Shown here: piece after piece, positions 28,141 to 40,620 of the stretch | Layout of the letters: the number at the start of each line of letters is the position of its first letter | Position numbering within the stretch: the stretch's first letter is position 1 | NCBI RefSeq assembly: GCF_009914755.1 | Contig: NC_060933.1 | Source of the DNA: the human T2T-CHM13v2.0 reference genome, Homo sapiens | Direction: 5' to 3' (one strand) | DNA: 64,000 nt | Made by a program: the position numbers and the translations under genes | The notes under the pieces: generated by a model | Databases searched by the model: none | What the model was told of the DNA's origin: nothing | The model's input: only the letters and a program-made list of their open reading frames with translations

Positions 28141-28561
28141 CATGCAGGTCCAAGATTGTCAGGTTTTCTTATTTTTCAAAAGAAAATTCATATTTTTATG
28201 TGGAAACCTCCCAATATTTTATTAGCATCACCTGAAGATATTTGTAAATACCATGTAAGCTTTAAAAAACATACAAAAACAAAAGAACAAGAACAAAAAT
28301 ATCAGCTTGTAAATCTATATAGTCTCAAAAGAGAAAGAAATCATATCTGACCAGCATGACCTAGAAAGGCTGGATGCAAAACACAATATTTTAGTTGTGT
28401 CTTAAAAAGCTGAAAAAGTTTTCAAAGGATGGTGAGAAAACTAAGAACTTTAAAAGGAGACAAAATTTGAAGAAAGAGAAGGCAGCTGGAAAATCTATTT
28501 AGAATTCAGAGAGGTGTTTTTATTAAAAAAATACATCTTTAGAAGTCTCTGTGTAGAAATA

Positions 28562-29106
28562 CTCTAAGTGTCTGTTGACGGACAAATGGATAAAGAAAAT
28601 GTGTGTGTACATATACATAATGGAACACTATTCAACCATAAAAAGCAGAGCCTACCACTTGTGACAACATGGATGAACCTGGAGGATGCGAGGCTGAGTG
28701 AAGTGAGCCAAACACAGAAGGACAAATACTGTATGATCTCACTTATATGTGGAGTCTAAAAAAGTGAAACTAATGGAAGCAGAGAGCACAAGGCTGACTG
28801 TCAAGAGCCCGGAGGGAGGAAGAAATAAGGAGATATTGGTCAAAAGGCACAAACTTTCAGTTATGAGACAAATAAGCTCTGGGAATCTAATGTATAGCAC
28901 AGTGACTACAGTTAATAGTGTTGTATTGTATACAAAGAGAGCAGTTCTCACCACAACACAAAAATGGTGACTATGCAAGATGAGGAATATGTTAATTAAC
29001 TTCATTATAGTAATCGTTTCACAATGTATACATATATCAAATATATACACCTAAATATATGCCATTTTATTTGTCAATTAAATCTCCATAAAGCTGGGGA
29101 AAAAAG
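28562..29106 (+). mobile_element. L1MA/L1MB 3' end
   Basis: aaatggataaagaaaatgtg, gacaacatggatgaacctggagga, gacaaatactgtatgatctcacttatatgtgga ... aaagctgggg + A tail. Confidence 0.88.
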
Positions 29107-29624
29107 AATTCTTTATGAGGTAATCATAATGATCTATTGATCCTTTAAAAATTAATGATGAAGATACAATAGTGCATTAAGATTTCATCATTTTGAAAGA
29201 GATGTTTTTTCTTTTTGTTAAAAAACGAAGTGAGTTTAATCGAGAAAATAAAGCTAAGCCAAGATAAGAAAATGTTATTTGTTATCCCGTCACCTAAATA
29301 CAACTGCTAAAATTTTGTTAAATAAAAATAATAGCAAAAATGTACTGCATATTTACTATATTCCAGACACTGTACTACTGCTTTTCCAGTCTTCGCATAA
29401 TTTTTAAGTATAAATATATATTGTGAGTAAAAATAGATTATAGTACATATACTGTTTTTTAAATTACTTTTTACACAAAAATAGTATGAATATAATTCTA
29501 TGACATTATAGTTTCTTCTACAGTGTCACCCTTATCTCCTTCTTACTATGCCATTGTAGTTGCAATTATATAACCGTTTCTCTTGGTGGGTATCTAGAAT
29601 GTTTGTAGTATTTCCCTCTGTAAA

Positions 29625-30060
29625 GTATCAACTTTGATGGATTCAACCAAAAGAAAAAGAAGAGCCAACTCAAACCACTTAAACAGTATTGAGTGGCTTG
29701 TTAAGATTAACATAACTGATTAAAATCCAGAGGTAGGGCACTGGTTAGCTGTGATTCAATTAGAGCTCAGTCTCCACTTCTCTGAAATTCTCTTGGCCCT
29801 ACTCTTCTCAAAGGGTTTGCTTAGTCCTTTGGCTGGTGAGAAAAAAAAAATGATACCATCAGTTCTGAGCCTCACATTCAAACACAGCAACATTCAGAGG
29901 AAGAGACACTGCCTCTTCTAGTGCCCCCAGCAAATGCCCTCTTAATCCTCATATATTCATTTCTGAACCATTTCCTGTGATTGGAGAAAAGCTCTCAATG
30001 GGTAAGTGTAGGTCATTGTTTCTCAATAAATGACTGGAGAAAGGGGAATTTCCTAAGGCC
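29625..30060. mobile_element. Old MLT1 (J/K-like) LTR remnant
   Basis: ccaactcaaaccacttaaac ... aaaatccagaggtagggc ... cagttctgagcctcacattca. Confidence 0.45.
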
Positions 30061-30689
30061 AATAAGGCTCAGCTTTAGGACTGGGAGCAGGAAAATGTTA
30101 GCCCTGAATCAATATGGGTGACACAAATAAACGAATGTAAATGAAAAATCCTTGGAAAGGAGATAATTGGATAAGCAATCAATGGTTTTCATTACAATAA
30201 ATAACAATATAACAAACACTATTAGAAAAAGAAAGATGAAGAGACCATGAGGTTGTCTACAGTCATTATTACCTTAGGATTTATTCCTAGAAGAAGAATA
30301 AATTGCTGGAGTAAAGGAGATATTTTAAAATGTAAAGTTGTGTGTGTTTTGTTTTATTTTGTTTATGCAGTGCCAAATTGTCAACCAGAATTGCTTCACC
30401 AATTTATACTTTTTTCAGCAGTCTGAGTTCCAGGAAAGAAAGGTCTATTTGGCTGACACAAAAGTGTAAGTGGTGTAAGTGGTTGATACTTGATAAGACT
30501 AGAAACAATCTTGGACTGAACAGTGGATATCCTTAACTGCCATAATGAAGGATTTTGACTTTAGTAAGAATTTAACTATTTAACTATTTTTTTACTTGAA
30601 ATGCTACCTTTCCTAAAAGGGATTTTAAAGGGCTTAGAGTGAAAGAAATATATATATAATAAGATTAATTAAATATGAATATAGGCAAA

Positions 30690-31982
30690 TGAGAAGCCAA
30701 ATTTGAAAAAATATTTGCAAAAGACATATCTGATAAAGAACTGTTATCCAAAATATTTCAAGAACTCCTAAAACTCAACAATAAAAAATGAACAACCGTA
30801 TTGAAAAATAGTCAATAGACCTGAACAGACACCTCACCAAAGAGGATGTGCAGAAGGCAAGTAATCGTCATTAGGGAAATGGAAATTAAAACAACAATGA
30901 GACGCCACTACACACCTATTAGAATGGCCAGATCCAAAACACTGACAACACCAAATGCTAATGGGATGTGGAACAATAGATACAATCATTCATTGCAAAA
31001 TGGTACAGCCACTTTGGAAGAGAGTCTGCTGGTTTTTTACGAAGTTAAACATAATCTTACCATACAATCCTGCATTTTACTCCTAAGTATTTACCCACTA
31101 AAATAAACTGAGGCTTACACAAAACCTACATGTGGATGTGGATGTTTATAGCAGATTTATTCAAAATTGCCAAAACTTGGAAAAAGTCCTTTAGTAGGTG
31201 AATGGATAAACTGTGGTACACCCAAACAATGGAATATTATTCAGCAATGAAAAGAAATGAGCTATCAAGCCATAAAAAAGATATGGAGGATGCCAGATAC
31301 AGTGGCGCATGCTGCACTAGGTTAGCATGAATAGGGTGACCTCCCTACGGGGAGCACAGGACTATCAAGTTGTCTAAGGAGGGGTGATCTGGACAAGCTC
31401 AGAGGCAGAACGGTTCAAACCTCCTATGTTGATCAGTAGTGGGATTGCATCTATGAATGACAGCTTCACTCTAGCCTTGGTAACATAGCAAGACCCCAAC
31501 TCTGAAAAAAAAATGGTGGAAATTTAAGTGCATATTACTAAGTGAAAAAGCCAATCTAAAACTACTGTTTTCTGTATTATTCCCACTATATTACATTCAG
31601 GAGAACACAAAATTATAAGGACAGTAAAAAGATCAGTGGCTGCAAAGGATATAGGGAACAGAGAGATACACAGACAAAGCACAGAGGATTTTTAGGCAGT
31701 GAAACTATTCTGTATGATACTATAATGGTTGATACGTGTCATTACATGTTTGTTGAAACCCATGGAATACACAATGCCAAGAGTTAACCTAATGCAAACT
31801 ATGAACTTTGGGTGATAATGATGCACCAATGTAGGTTTATTGATTGTAATACATGTACAGTCTGCAGTGGGGAATGTCAGTAGTAGGGAAGTTTGTGCAT
31901 GTGTGGGGACAGGGAGTATATGGAAGCTCTCTACTTTTCTCTAAATGTTGCTGTAAACCTAAAACTGCTCTAAGAAATAAAG
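30690..31982 (+). mobile_element. L1MC/L1MD 3' region, split by a 7SL pseudogene
   Basis: gaaaaaatatttgcaaaagacatatctgataaag, acaacaatgagacgccactacacacctattagaatggc ... gctgtaaacctaaaactgctctaagaaataaa. Confidence 0.88.
31292..31513 (+). pseudogene. 7SL (SRP RNA) processed pseudogene with S domain, internally deleted
   Basis: Contains S-domain sequence that Alus lack: ggtgacctccc...ggactatcaagttgtctaaggaggggtga...gatcagtagtgggattgc. 3' end ggtaacatagcaagacccc followed by an A tail. Confidence 0.9.
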
Positions 31983-31983
31983 C

Positions 31984-32062
<79 letters not shown>

Positions 32063-32092
32063 TGTGTATATATATATACACACATATATATG
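31982..32092. repeat. (TA)n(TG)n(CG)n(TG)n(TA)n compound microsatellite
   Basis: Direct reading; 111 bp of strict purine/pyrimidine alternation. Confidence 0.97.
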
Positions 32093-32584
32093 AGGGTTTT
32101 TTTTGAAAAAGGAGTTTATGTGCTTTAGAAAAAGATTAATCCTACATTGTTGTTCAGAAATAACGGAAAGTAAATGAAACTCGCAGAAAGAAATGGGTAG
32201 AAAGCTACTGTAATTGTCTAGATAAGGATTCATAACATTTTAAATTAGGATGTCATCAGTAGACTACAATAGAATACCCATGGGAAATAGAAGAAACAAT
32301 CAGATTTGCCCACTGACTAAATGCTGACCTGTTTGGGGCAAGGTCCCATTGAATGATCATGAAACTTGAGGAAAACCGGATCCAACTCCATAATTCTCGA
32401 GTGATGAAGAGTCACTTTAAGCTGATCTTTGTTTACCTTTTCAGTTTCATCTTCTATAACTTCTCAAGCATCTGTTTTTACTCAAGCATCCCTCTAAACA
32501 ATACCATATTCTTTCATGCCTCTGTACCCTTGCACAATCTTTTCCCTAAGACTGAACAATCTTGCCCTGACAGAGCAGGTTAAA

Positions 32585-32780
32585 ATATCAGCTTGGCCAT
32601 TTATTGGCTGAATAACCTTGGACAAGTTAATTCCCATTTTGAGTTTCACTTTTTTATTTATAAAATCGAAGCAACAACATAAAAATACACACCTCACAGG
32701 TTTCCCAAGGCTATTAATAGAGATAAAATGAAATACCAATCAGAGGGCCAGGAACATAGTCAATGCACAACAATATTATT
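32585..32780 (+). mobile_element. MIR SINE
   Basis: accttggacaagttaattcccattttgagtttcac...tataaaat...cacctcacagg...cagagggccaggaacatagt. Confidence 0.7.
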
Positions 32781-33697
32781 TTTGCTTTTCCACTCACCTC
32801 TAGTAACCTCGTTTACTCTCTATCCAGCTCCCCTTAAATCCTGTTCTCATGAAAAGACCTGATAAAGTGATTTCTACAAATGCGTAAATAACTGATAACC
32901 CACAAAGTGTTTTTTTTGACTTATTTACCAGGTTGCATAGAATTTAAGTCCCCTAAATTCCATAACTATGGAATTTAAGCGTCAGGTGATGACTGCAGAA
33001 GGTACTCTCTCTTGCAGGGATTTCTCGTTCTCCTTGAATTTTCTCTACCCACTGTGTCCTCGTCCTCCAAAACTGACAGAACAAGCAAGCCTCTACTTCC
33101 TTACTACCCCCAAGCATCAAGCTCTTGCTGTCCTCATGATCGTACTGCACATTGTGTATACCTCCTTTATAGCAGGAATCAAACTATATTTCTGTTGTAT
33201 GTATCTTCTTCCCCACCAGCCTGTGAGTTACTTGAAGAAAGGACATAGTTTTCCAAATTTGCAACCTAGGACCTTAAAAGAAACATGGAAAACCATAGAT
33301 AATAAATAAACATTTATCAAATGAATGATACATAAATTAATGATGGCAAAACAGCAGGTATTTTACTAATTTAATACAAAAGAATTCTGGCCCTTTTTTT
33401 CTGGAGGCCATATCTGTGAACATAAATATTTGGGGACTATATTGAGATTGCCACAGATAAGTTCTGAACTATTTCATGGTTTCTTGTCAAGAGAAGGCAT
33501 GGTCGTTTTTCTCTCCCCACCCATATTAGACCTCCACTGTGACCTTGAAATGCAAGGATTAGAGGGTGGTGCAGCTTGCAAAGAACCAAGTGACACCTAA
33601 CTTTCCCTTTTTTATTATTTTCACTTCTAAAGAACTACCCTGATAGTGTCAAGTCTCCTTCAGAAAAATGAGCTTTGTTGCACTATGTCACATGAAT

Positions 33698-34161
33698 AGT
33701 ATAGAAGACTGACAATGGCTCCCAAAGATATATTCCCCCTAATCCCAGGCATCTGTGAATTGTACCTTATTTGGTAAAAGGATTTTCCAGAGGTAATTAA
33801 GTCAAGGACGTTGAGATGAGAAGAGTATCCTGCATTATCTGGGTAGGCTCTAACTGACATTACAAGTGTCCTTATAAGCAAAAGGCAGCAGGAGACTAGA
33901 CACATATATACAGAGGAGAAGGCAATGTGAACACAGAGGTAAAGATCTGAGTGATGTGGCCACAAACCAAGGGATGTCTGCAGCCACCACACGGTGAAAG
34001 GCATGGAATGAATTCTGTCCCAGAACCTCCAGAGGGAGCACATCCTGTCAACAGCTTGATTTCTGATGCTGGCCTCCTTAATTGTGAGAGAATAAATTTC
34101 TCTTGTTTTAAGCTACCAAGTTTGGGATAATTTGTTATAGCAGCCACAGGAAACTAATCCA
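33698..34161 (+). mobile_element. MaLR MLT1C/D solo LTR
   Basis: ccttatttggtaaaagg...gtaattaagtcaagga...gagagaataaatttctcttgttttaagctaccaagtttg...cagccacaggaaactaatc. Confidence 0.9.
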
Positions 34162-36148
34162 AATAGGAATTTATCTGAGTCAGGCAAGCCATCAATGATC
34201 TGAGTGACTTCAGAAATTACCAGCTTCCCAGTATTTCTCTTTTCCTACCCTTTCTCTGTTCAGTTATCCTTTTTCTCAATATTTGTTTCTCCTCTACTCC
34301 CTATAGTTCTCTATCACATCATTTTCACTTACTCTTAGTTGGTGTTATGTCACACTTTTAGCCTGCCATTATTCCTCACGTAATTGATTCCACAGCATGG
34401 AATTGCTCTTTTCATTCTTTCTGTGTTGTGCTGCCTCAAGCTGCCAGCTCATTTTATTATTTCCAGTTCAGAATCCTAAAGAGATGAAAATAATTGGCCC
34501 AGCATACAATAGATTACTTTGGATTTGTTTCTCTTGCATCAGATCTACAGCTCCAGTCCAATAAGCTAGAGTTTGAGACTCTTGGTAGCATTATGGCTGC
34601 CTATGTCTGGTCCTTTCATAAGAATCCCATGAATGTGTAATTCTCCTTAAATATGACTGTAGGTGTGGCCCTGCGTGACAGCCTCTTTCCATGCTTTTTA
34701 CATTCAGAAAGTTACAAACAGACTAAGGGGAGAATAAGCCAGCCACTGTCAGCACCATGACTTTACAATACACTGCTGCTAAAGCTAAATGTAAATTTTG
34801 TGGACTTATTCTATCATAATGAGGTTTACTTTCCCAGACTTTCGGGCAACAATTTTACATGTGTATCACTGCAGCAATTTTGACTGTAAAATATCATTGC
34901 TTCAGCTAATCTGTTCTTAACACATTTGAATGTTCAGGAAAAGAAAACCGACATGTCTAGTCAGTTTACAAATAGACTTAACTGTGTACACATGAAAGGC
35001 TCAAAGTTATTGTGAGAGTTGAATGGTTAAACGTCTGTTGCTAGCTACATTCATCATGGCCTTACATTGTTATGACTGCATGAGGTCATTTTATTAGATG
35101 GAACAAGCAGCAAACCAATCTGGGTCAGGACAGGATAAGAGATACTAAGGGTTTTTCCTTTCTCAAGATATTCTAGGTAAAATTGCATTCAGGATGCAGG
35201 AAGGTACAAAAATACTTCTAGGGGATTTCCTAAATGCGGTTATTGAGAACCAATTTTAATTTAAAAAGCAGCAGCATTTGGCGTAGAAGGAGGGGAACAA
35301 CAGGATATAATGTTGTGCACAAAAGCACATGCACAATTAGTAGTGGTAAATAAGGGCATGAGACAAAGACCATTGTTCCACCTTCCCAATTCCATCTGCT
35401 TGCACTCAGAAGCTTGTATGAAAACCTTTACATGTGATACCTGTAGGCAAGGAAACAAAGACAATGAAACAAGGATGGAAAATTTAAGATGACTTACAAT
35501 TTCATTGCCCCAATATCTTGGTCATATTCCCAAACCTGCCCATTTAATCACCAGCTCTTTTGATATTTAGTCACATGTTTTCCTGTGCTGCCTTGTTACT
35601 GTTTAAATTTTTAATTAAAAAATCATGTTTTAAAAGGACTGCAAGAACTACAGCAAATTATATTTTTTAATCTTTCAGTGTAAGAATGAATGACAAGAAA
35701 TTACACCACATGACCAGGTTATTTTGGTGAACTATTCATGGATTGCTTTCAGAAAAGTATTAACTTTTCCCTTCTATATTTATTCTTTTAAACTAAGATA
35801 ATACATTATTCAAATTCACTTATTTTGTTTTTCCAATGTGAGTATGATCTGCATTAGCCTTAGGTAGATGGTCTCATTCCCAGGTTGAATGTTTTACGTG
35901 CTGCAGCATAGCTGCATCTCCACGTATAGAGACAAGCTCTCTGCAGCCCTGGAACCTCAGAACTTACAGCAGCTGATCTGATCTCCCAGCCTCCTCTTTA
36001 AGAGAATAAAATTATACACCTACCTCCCAAGGAGCTTTCCTCTAGACAACGTGGCACTTTCAAGGTGAAGACTAAGAATTGGAGATTCCTGTAGAACTTC
36101 CATTAAAACTCTCCATCTAACATCTGTTTTCCTGTTTTGTTTTGTTTT

Positions 36149-36443
36149 CTTTTTTTTTTTATTTGAGGCAGGGTCTCACTCTGTCACCTAGGCTGGAGTG
36201 CAGTGGCACAATCACAACTTACTGAAGTCTTGACATCCCAAGGTCTAGCGATCCTCCTGCCTCAGCCTCCAGAATAGCTGAGTCTATAGGTGCCACCACA
36301 GCTGGCTAATTTTTGAATTTTTTTGTAGAGAAAGGGTTTCACCATGCTGTCCAGGCTGGTCTTGAACTCCTGGTCTCAAGTGATTCCCTCACTTTGGCCA
36401 CCCAAAGTGCTGGAATTTCAGACTTGAACCAGGGCACCCAGCC
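36149..36443 (-). mobile_element. AluJ
   Basis: Poly(T) followed by tgaggcagggtctcactctgtcacctaggctggagtgcagtggcacaatc; CpG-depleted, J-type diagnostics. Confidence 0.92.
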
Positions 36444-37884
36444 TCAAATCTGTTTTCTTATCTAAAAAAAATCGCTCCTACCTGGTGACTGGTTCAGCAA
36501 TGCCCTCACTCAGGTGAGTCCTGATACTTTCATGTATCAAATTATGATTCAGGTACCTTATAATTATAGCTTAGATTAGTACACTAATGGTTTCACTCAT
36601 CTGGGTGACAAGGCACCTAGAAGTCATAGATATTTTAGCAAATATCCCCGGAAGATTTATATATGTTTAAATAACAAACACATTGCTTTATTCTAAATGA
36701 GTAGTAATCTCCCACTGGATATGTGGTGACAGACAGAAAAACTTTCAAAAAAAACTTACAGAATAAAAATTCAAAGTTAAGGAAAATCTATCCATTTAAT
36801 ATGTTATTTCCCTGAGAATAAGAAAAGGCTATCATCATGGAATTTTATTTCAGGCATGGAACCCATATATTGCATCCAAACACAGTTTGTGAGTGACTAC
36901 AAGCCAATAAATATAGCATCTCACAAGGAGTAACAAGGGCAGAAAGTGTGGCGTCTGTGAGATTAACTGAGAAATTACAGAAGAGAGAGTTGTCCTTTGT
37001 CTGTAAGGATACTGACTTCAGGAATACGTGCTATCTTATAACACAGTTGTTTCTCAGCCTCAAAGTTAGACCAACAATCTATTATCCACCAGGGAGCCTA
37101 GCTCTGTTTAGCTTTAGCAAAATGAGGCTCGCAGCCATTACACAATGGTATCAATGCAGAAAACGTGTAATTTGAAGTTCACAGAAACTTTTATGTCTAA
37201 AGACACAAAGTCCCTTCAGTTGAGCTCATCTTCAGCCTTAGAGCTTGACTGGATTTTGAAGGAAACAAATCAGTTTGATAATTCTGATCATGCATTTCTA
37301 GAATTGTCTTCATATTCATGTGATGAAGTGCTTTACTCTCCATTAATGAGCTCACTTCTTAATGAGTCTAGCCTCCCTTTCCCTCAGAGCTCCTCTAGGA
37401 ATCTTAGCCATGTGGTTAAGCAGTAACATCTGCTACCCATTTTTAGATCCTCTTAATGGGACTTTTTCAGCCCTTAACAATAGAATAAGGTCATTTCATA
37501 TGTAGCCTCAGTCTTCCAAAGATTGTTTAAGGGTATTTTTGAACTATTTATTTGTTTAAAAAAAAAAGCTGTAGTTTTTCCTCAGATTTAGATATGGGAT
37601 GAATGGGGAATGCTGTGAATCAAATTTGGGATAATTTTATCTTCTTGTCAGGGAATAGCTTCATGTTTTATCTTCTCACAAAATCTATAATGAGAGAGCT
37701 GTTTAGTTCAAGTCTGGTATAGGTCATTAATTACTACTATCACAGGGAGGATTTTTTCATCCAAGTCCAACTTGTTGGAAAACTGTTTTTTTCACAGGTC
37801 ACTGCCCTGACTCTGGCCTCCCTGGACTCATACATGCCTGGATATGGAGAGCCTGTGCTCCACGTGATGTCTGCTACTGGGCTT

Positions 37885-38067
37885 GCAATGTTTCCTCCAA
37901 GTATGGTGTGCAGACATCTGCATCAGAATCACTTGTGAGTGCCTGTTATAAAGTATTGGATTGCAACCCAATTCTACTGAATTACAGTCTTACAGGTAAT
38001 GCCCAAGAGTCTGCGTTTTACACATTCTCCAAGTAAATCTTGTAAGCATTTCTTTGGAAACAACTGA
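37885..38067. mobile_element. MER5A-like hAT-Charlie MITE
   Basis: gcatcagaatcactt ... ctactgaattacag ... gcccaagagtctgcgtttt ... tttggaaacaactg. Confidence 0.7.
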
Positions 38068-40620
38068 GGAAGAAGTAGAATAATGATATTACAACCCAGA
38101 GATAATATCAGTTATCTAAATGTGGTATCTACCTGTCCTTAGGAAACCAACTTGCTCTGAAAATAAATTAAAAGGGAGAGGGTTTTATATTTCTTTCTGT
38201 TGATTTAGAAACCCTCTAACTTAATGAAATCCACTTCTTCATAGTAGATTTAACCATAGCAGATGAATAGTGGTTCATCTGGGTTTTAGGATTTTTATAT
38301 TCCCACTTAAAATTGACTTCGATTTGACTTTGCAGCAAAAAATCTATGAAAGCATTTAATGTCCAGCTATATCATAAAATCTGTTGTGTAACAGAATAGC
38401 CAATAGGAACATCTGGGAACCAAACTTTATTACCAGTCAAGCTTTAAGCTTGTTGCCATTGGCACCAAGGAACCAGTTTTATGCTGCTCCAGGAGACTAC
38501 AAGAAAAATGTTAAGTAGAAGGGATGCCTTAGTGGTGACATATACATCTGTGCATGTTTTATAGCTCTCAGTACAATTACTTGATTACTTGTGGGGAGTT
38601 TCACCACCTTTGCTTAACAATCATTTTTCTTGTGTGGTCATTTTCGTGTTAATATGCAGCTGGTTAAATATTTCTTTAAGTACCAGTAAAAAATAAATAC
38701 TTAATGCAGCCAGATTATAGCCTGGATAAATGCAGAGAGAGAGGGTGGGAGGGAGTGAGAAACAGAATGAATGAACTAGACCACTCACTTGACACTAGTC
38801 TTAGGAATCTGGTCTCTGATTCCATTTTCAACAGGATGGTAACTGAGGGAAACAAAAAGTGCACTGGACTGTAAGTTAATTCTGCTCTCCTACTATCTAT
38901 GTGATTGTATGAATATTTTACATTTCAAACCTCTTTCCTTTTCTATAATATAAAGGAATTAAACTAAAGGGGCCCCCAAATGTATTTAATTTCTTAATAC
39001 TAGTTTGAAATATAGAAAATGTTATCCAATTTAATTTTAAAGTAAAATATATCATAAGTTAATTAATTTAGTTTAAATTTATTTGCTAAAATATGGATAA
39101 GTGGTTCAGACTTTTATGGATGAGAACATATTAAATAAAACATGAATCATGTGATAATATTTTAATTTTTACTATCTATTGATTTTTCCAAAAATCAAAA
39201 TGTATTAGAAATTCAGAAACACACGAATTTTTATTTTATTAATCATAGCAGTATCTACACTATCTTGAAAAATAGCAACTATGAACATAAAATAGAACTA
39301 ATTCAATGTAAAAGCAATTCTTAGTTTGTATAAAGATTCTTGGATTCTTTGCAATAACTTCAAAAACAACTCCAAAATATTTGGGAACTACCAAAAATAA
39401 AGAATGAAGAGATAAACTTGAGCATCCTCTAAGTGGAAGCTAGATTTTATTCATCTACACAAGATATAAAAAAGTGAGAAACAGTTTAAACCTGACAGTC
39501 AAGGAACTCTTTTTGAGGATGTGATATTTTATCCTGAAACCTAAAAGAACAGAAAGAACTTGGTATACAAAGCTGGGGGAAAGAACATTCCAGAGAGACA
39601 GTATGTCATGTAAGTCTCTACAGGTAGACTACACTGTCTTTGTAGCTGCAGGAGTGAGAGGGGATGACTTTAGAGAGATAGACAAGAGCTGTAAGGCAAA
39701 GTCTTACAATTTGTCACCAAGAGTATGGATTAAAACAAAGCACAAGGAGAAAATTGTGAACGATTTTAAACCAGCCATATAATGCAGCTACATTTTGAGA
39801 AAAATCACCTTTGCTGCTGTATAAGTAATGGATTGGGATGGGGAAAGGCAGGGTAAATAAAAAGACCAGTAAAGAGACTCCTGCAGTATTCCAAGTAAAA
39901 CATGACGATGGTCTGAACTAAAGGTGAAGACAACAGAGATAAAAAAGAAATGGAAGAATGTGATAACTTTTGGATTTAACAAGGCTTGATGATGGTTTGA
40001 ATTCTTAAACAAATTGGGCAACCAGAAATTACTCTATTTTTCTGGTTTGTTTTCCTGGGTGGGTGATACCTCTTCTGAAATGTGGAAGATTGTGGATGAG
40101 GAAACAATTGGGGTGAGGGAAAACCCACTAATTATGATTTTCAGGTTTAAGGCATTCTAAAGATCTGTAAGTTCCTATTAATTTGGGCATGTCAGTCATT
40201 TAGTGAAAACCTTATTCCCACAGTTTGTCAGCGAAACCTTCAATCTTAACTATTCATACTTGCCTGATTCTTATCCTTCCACTTGCAGCTTATATTTCCA
40301 GTGGGGACTTGTGTCAGCCCTGGCCCTTGAGGCAGTGTGCTGGAATGAGGAGTGGCAAGAGCCTGCTTATTAACTAGTCATGACAATATCCACCCACGCT
40401 GTGACTTCATTTCTGCTTCCTTGGAAGGGATGGTGAGTGGGTGGGTATGGCTCTAGGGCTGTCTGCCTAAGAAATGTAAAGCTAAACTATTATTCTAAAC
40501 CTGAAAAATGCAGCAGGTAGTATTTTTCATATTTTTATTATGAAAATGTTCAATATACAACAAAGTTGAATCATCTTCTTTACACACCACCTAGATGCTA
40601 TCACTAATATTTTAGCAAAG

